Origin: Chiloscyllium plagiosum
Lineage: Eukaryota
Assembly (NCBI RefSeq): GCF_004010195.1
Contig: NC_057718.1
Location: forward strand, 81,353,912 to 81,402,002
Direction of reading: 5' to 3'
Length of the DNA: 48,091 nucleotides
The position numbers and the translations under genes were made by a program. Position 1 is the stretch's first letter. The number at the start of each line of letters is the position of its first letter. The notes beneath the pieces are model-generated. The model saw nothing but the letters and a program-made list of their open reading frames with translations, was not told the origin of the DNA and made no database searches. Below, in pieces: positions 47,405-48,091 of the stretch.

Positions 47405-48091
47405 TATATTGCTAGATATAAGAGAGTGTTTAATTTAGATAAATGCAAAAGTGTTGCATTTCGTAAGATGAACAAGGGCAGGACTTGTGCAATTAATGGT
47501 AGGGTCCTGGGGAGTGTTATTGAACAGAGAGACCCAGGGGTTCAAGTACATAGTTCTTTGAAAGTTGTGTCCCAGTTAGACAGGGTAGTAAAGAGGACGT
47601 TTGGTATGCTTGCCTTCATTGCTTAGCCCATTGAGTATAGGAGTTGGAATGTCATGTTGCAGTTGTATGGGATATTGGTGATGGAAATGTGTTGCTGGAG
47701 AAGCGCAGCAGGTCAGGCAGCATCTAGGCAACAGGAGAATCGACGTTTCGGGCATTAGCCCTTCTTCAGGAATGAGGAAAGTTTGTCCAGCAGGCTAAGA
47801 TAAAAGATAGGGAGGAGGGACTTGGGGGAGGGGCGTCGGAAAAGTGATAGGTGGAAAAAGGTCAAGGTGAGGGTGATAGGACAGACCTGGAGTACTGTGT
47901 GCAGATTTAGTTTCCTTAATTAAGAAAGGATGTACTGGCACTGGAGGGGGTGCAGAGGAGGTTCACTAGGTTGATTCCGGAGTTGAGGGGATTGGCTTAT
48001 GAGGAGAGGCTGAGTAGACTGGGATTATAGTCATTGGAATTCAGAAGAATGAGGGGGGCGGATCTTGTATAAACATATAAAATTATGAAGG
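47405..48091 (+). mobile_element. CR1 LINE ORF2 C-terminal fragments, interrupted by a PLE pLTR and running off the window
   Basis: FNLDKCK..EQRDPGVQVHSSLKVVSQLDRVVKRTFGMLAFI. After 47880: LEYCVQ..RKDVLALEGVQRRFTRLIPELRGLAYEERLSRLG. Confidence 0.9.
47684..47880 (-). mobile_element. PLE pLTR (family C) with intact-core hammerhead motif at 47737-47773
   Basis: Reverse complement of 16810-16995. attc-CTGAAGA-a-GGGC-taat-GCCC-GAAA-c-GTC-gatt. Confidence 0.88.

Overview
Repeat-dominated eukaryotic DNA, almost certainly from a shark or ray. This is inferred from HE1-type V-SINEs and HER1-type CR1 LINEs recognised by eye. The window has two assembly gaps (16638-16685, 27220-27889) and no intact full-length gene or intact transposon ORF. 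It reads as intron sequence of a large gene: there is one strong 109-nt minus-strand coding-exon candidate (32893-33001, protein not identified) and a weak, phase-compatible terminal-exon candidate (5510-5591). The rest is nested mobile-element debris: CR1/HER1 LINEs, a Rex1/Babar LINE, a near-full-length decayed CR1/L2-group LINE, SINEs, a 3-copy TA-flanked MITE, a pogo/Tc2 deletion derivative, a fossil PIF/Harbinger transposase, Gypsy remnants, a tRNA-Lys pseudogene and a 3.3-kb GT/TGCA-rich satellite. The most notable signal is about a dozen Penelope-like element (PLE) fragments from roughly four families. Three of those families supply about ten minimal type I hammerhead ribozyme motifs, some in fold-back arrangements. 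PLE hammerheads are a known class, so I do not claim a new biological system. All family names come from motif recognition, not database searches, and element boundaries are approximate unless a TSD or TIR is quoted.
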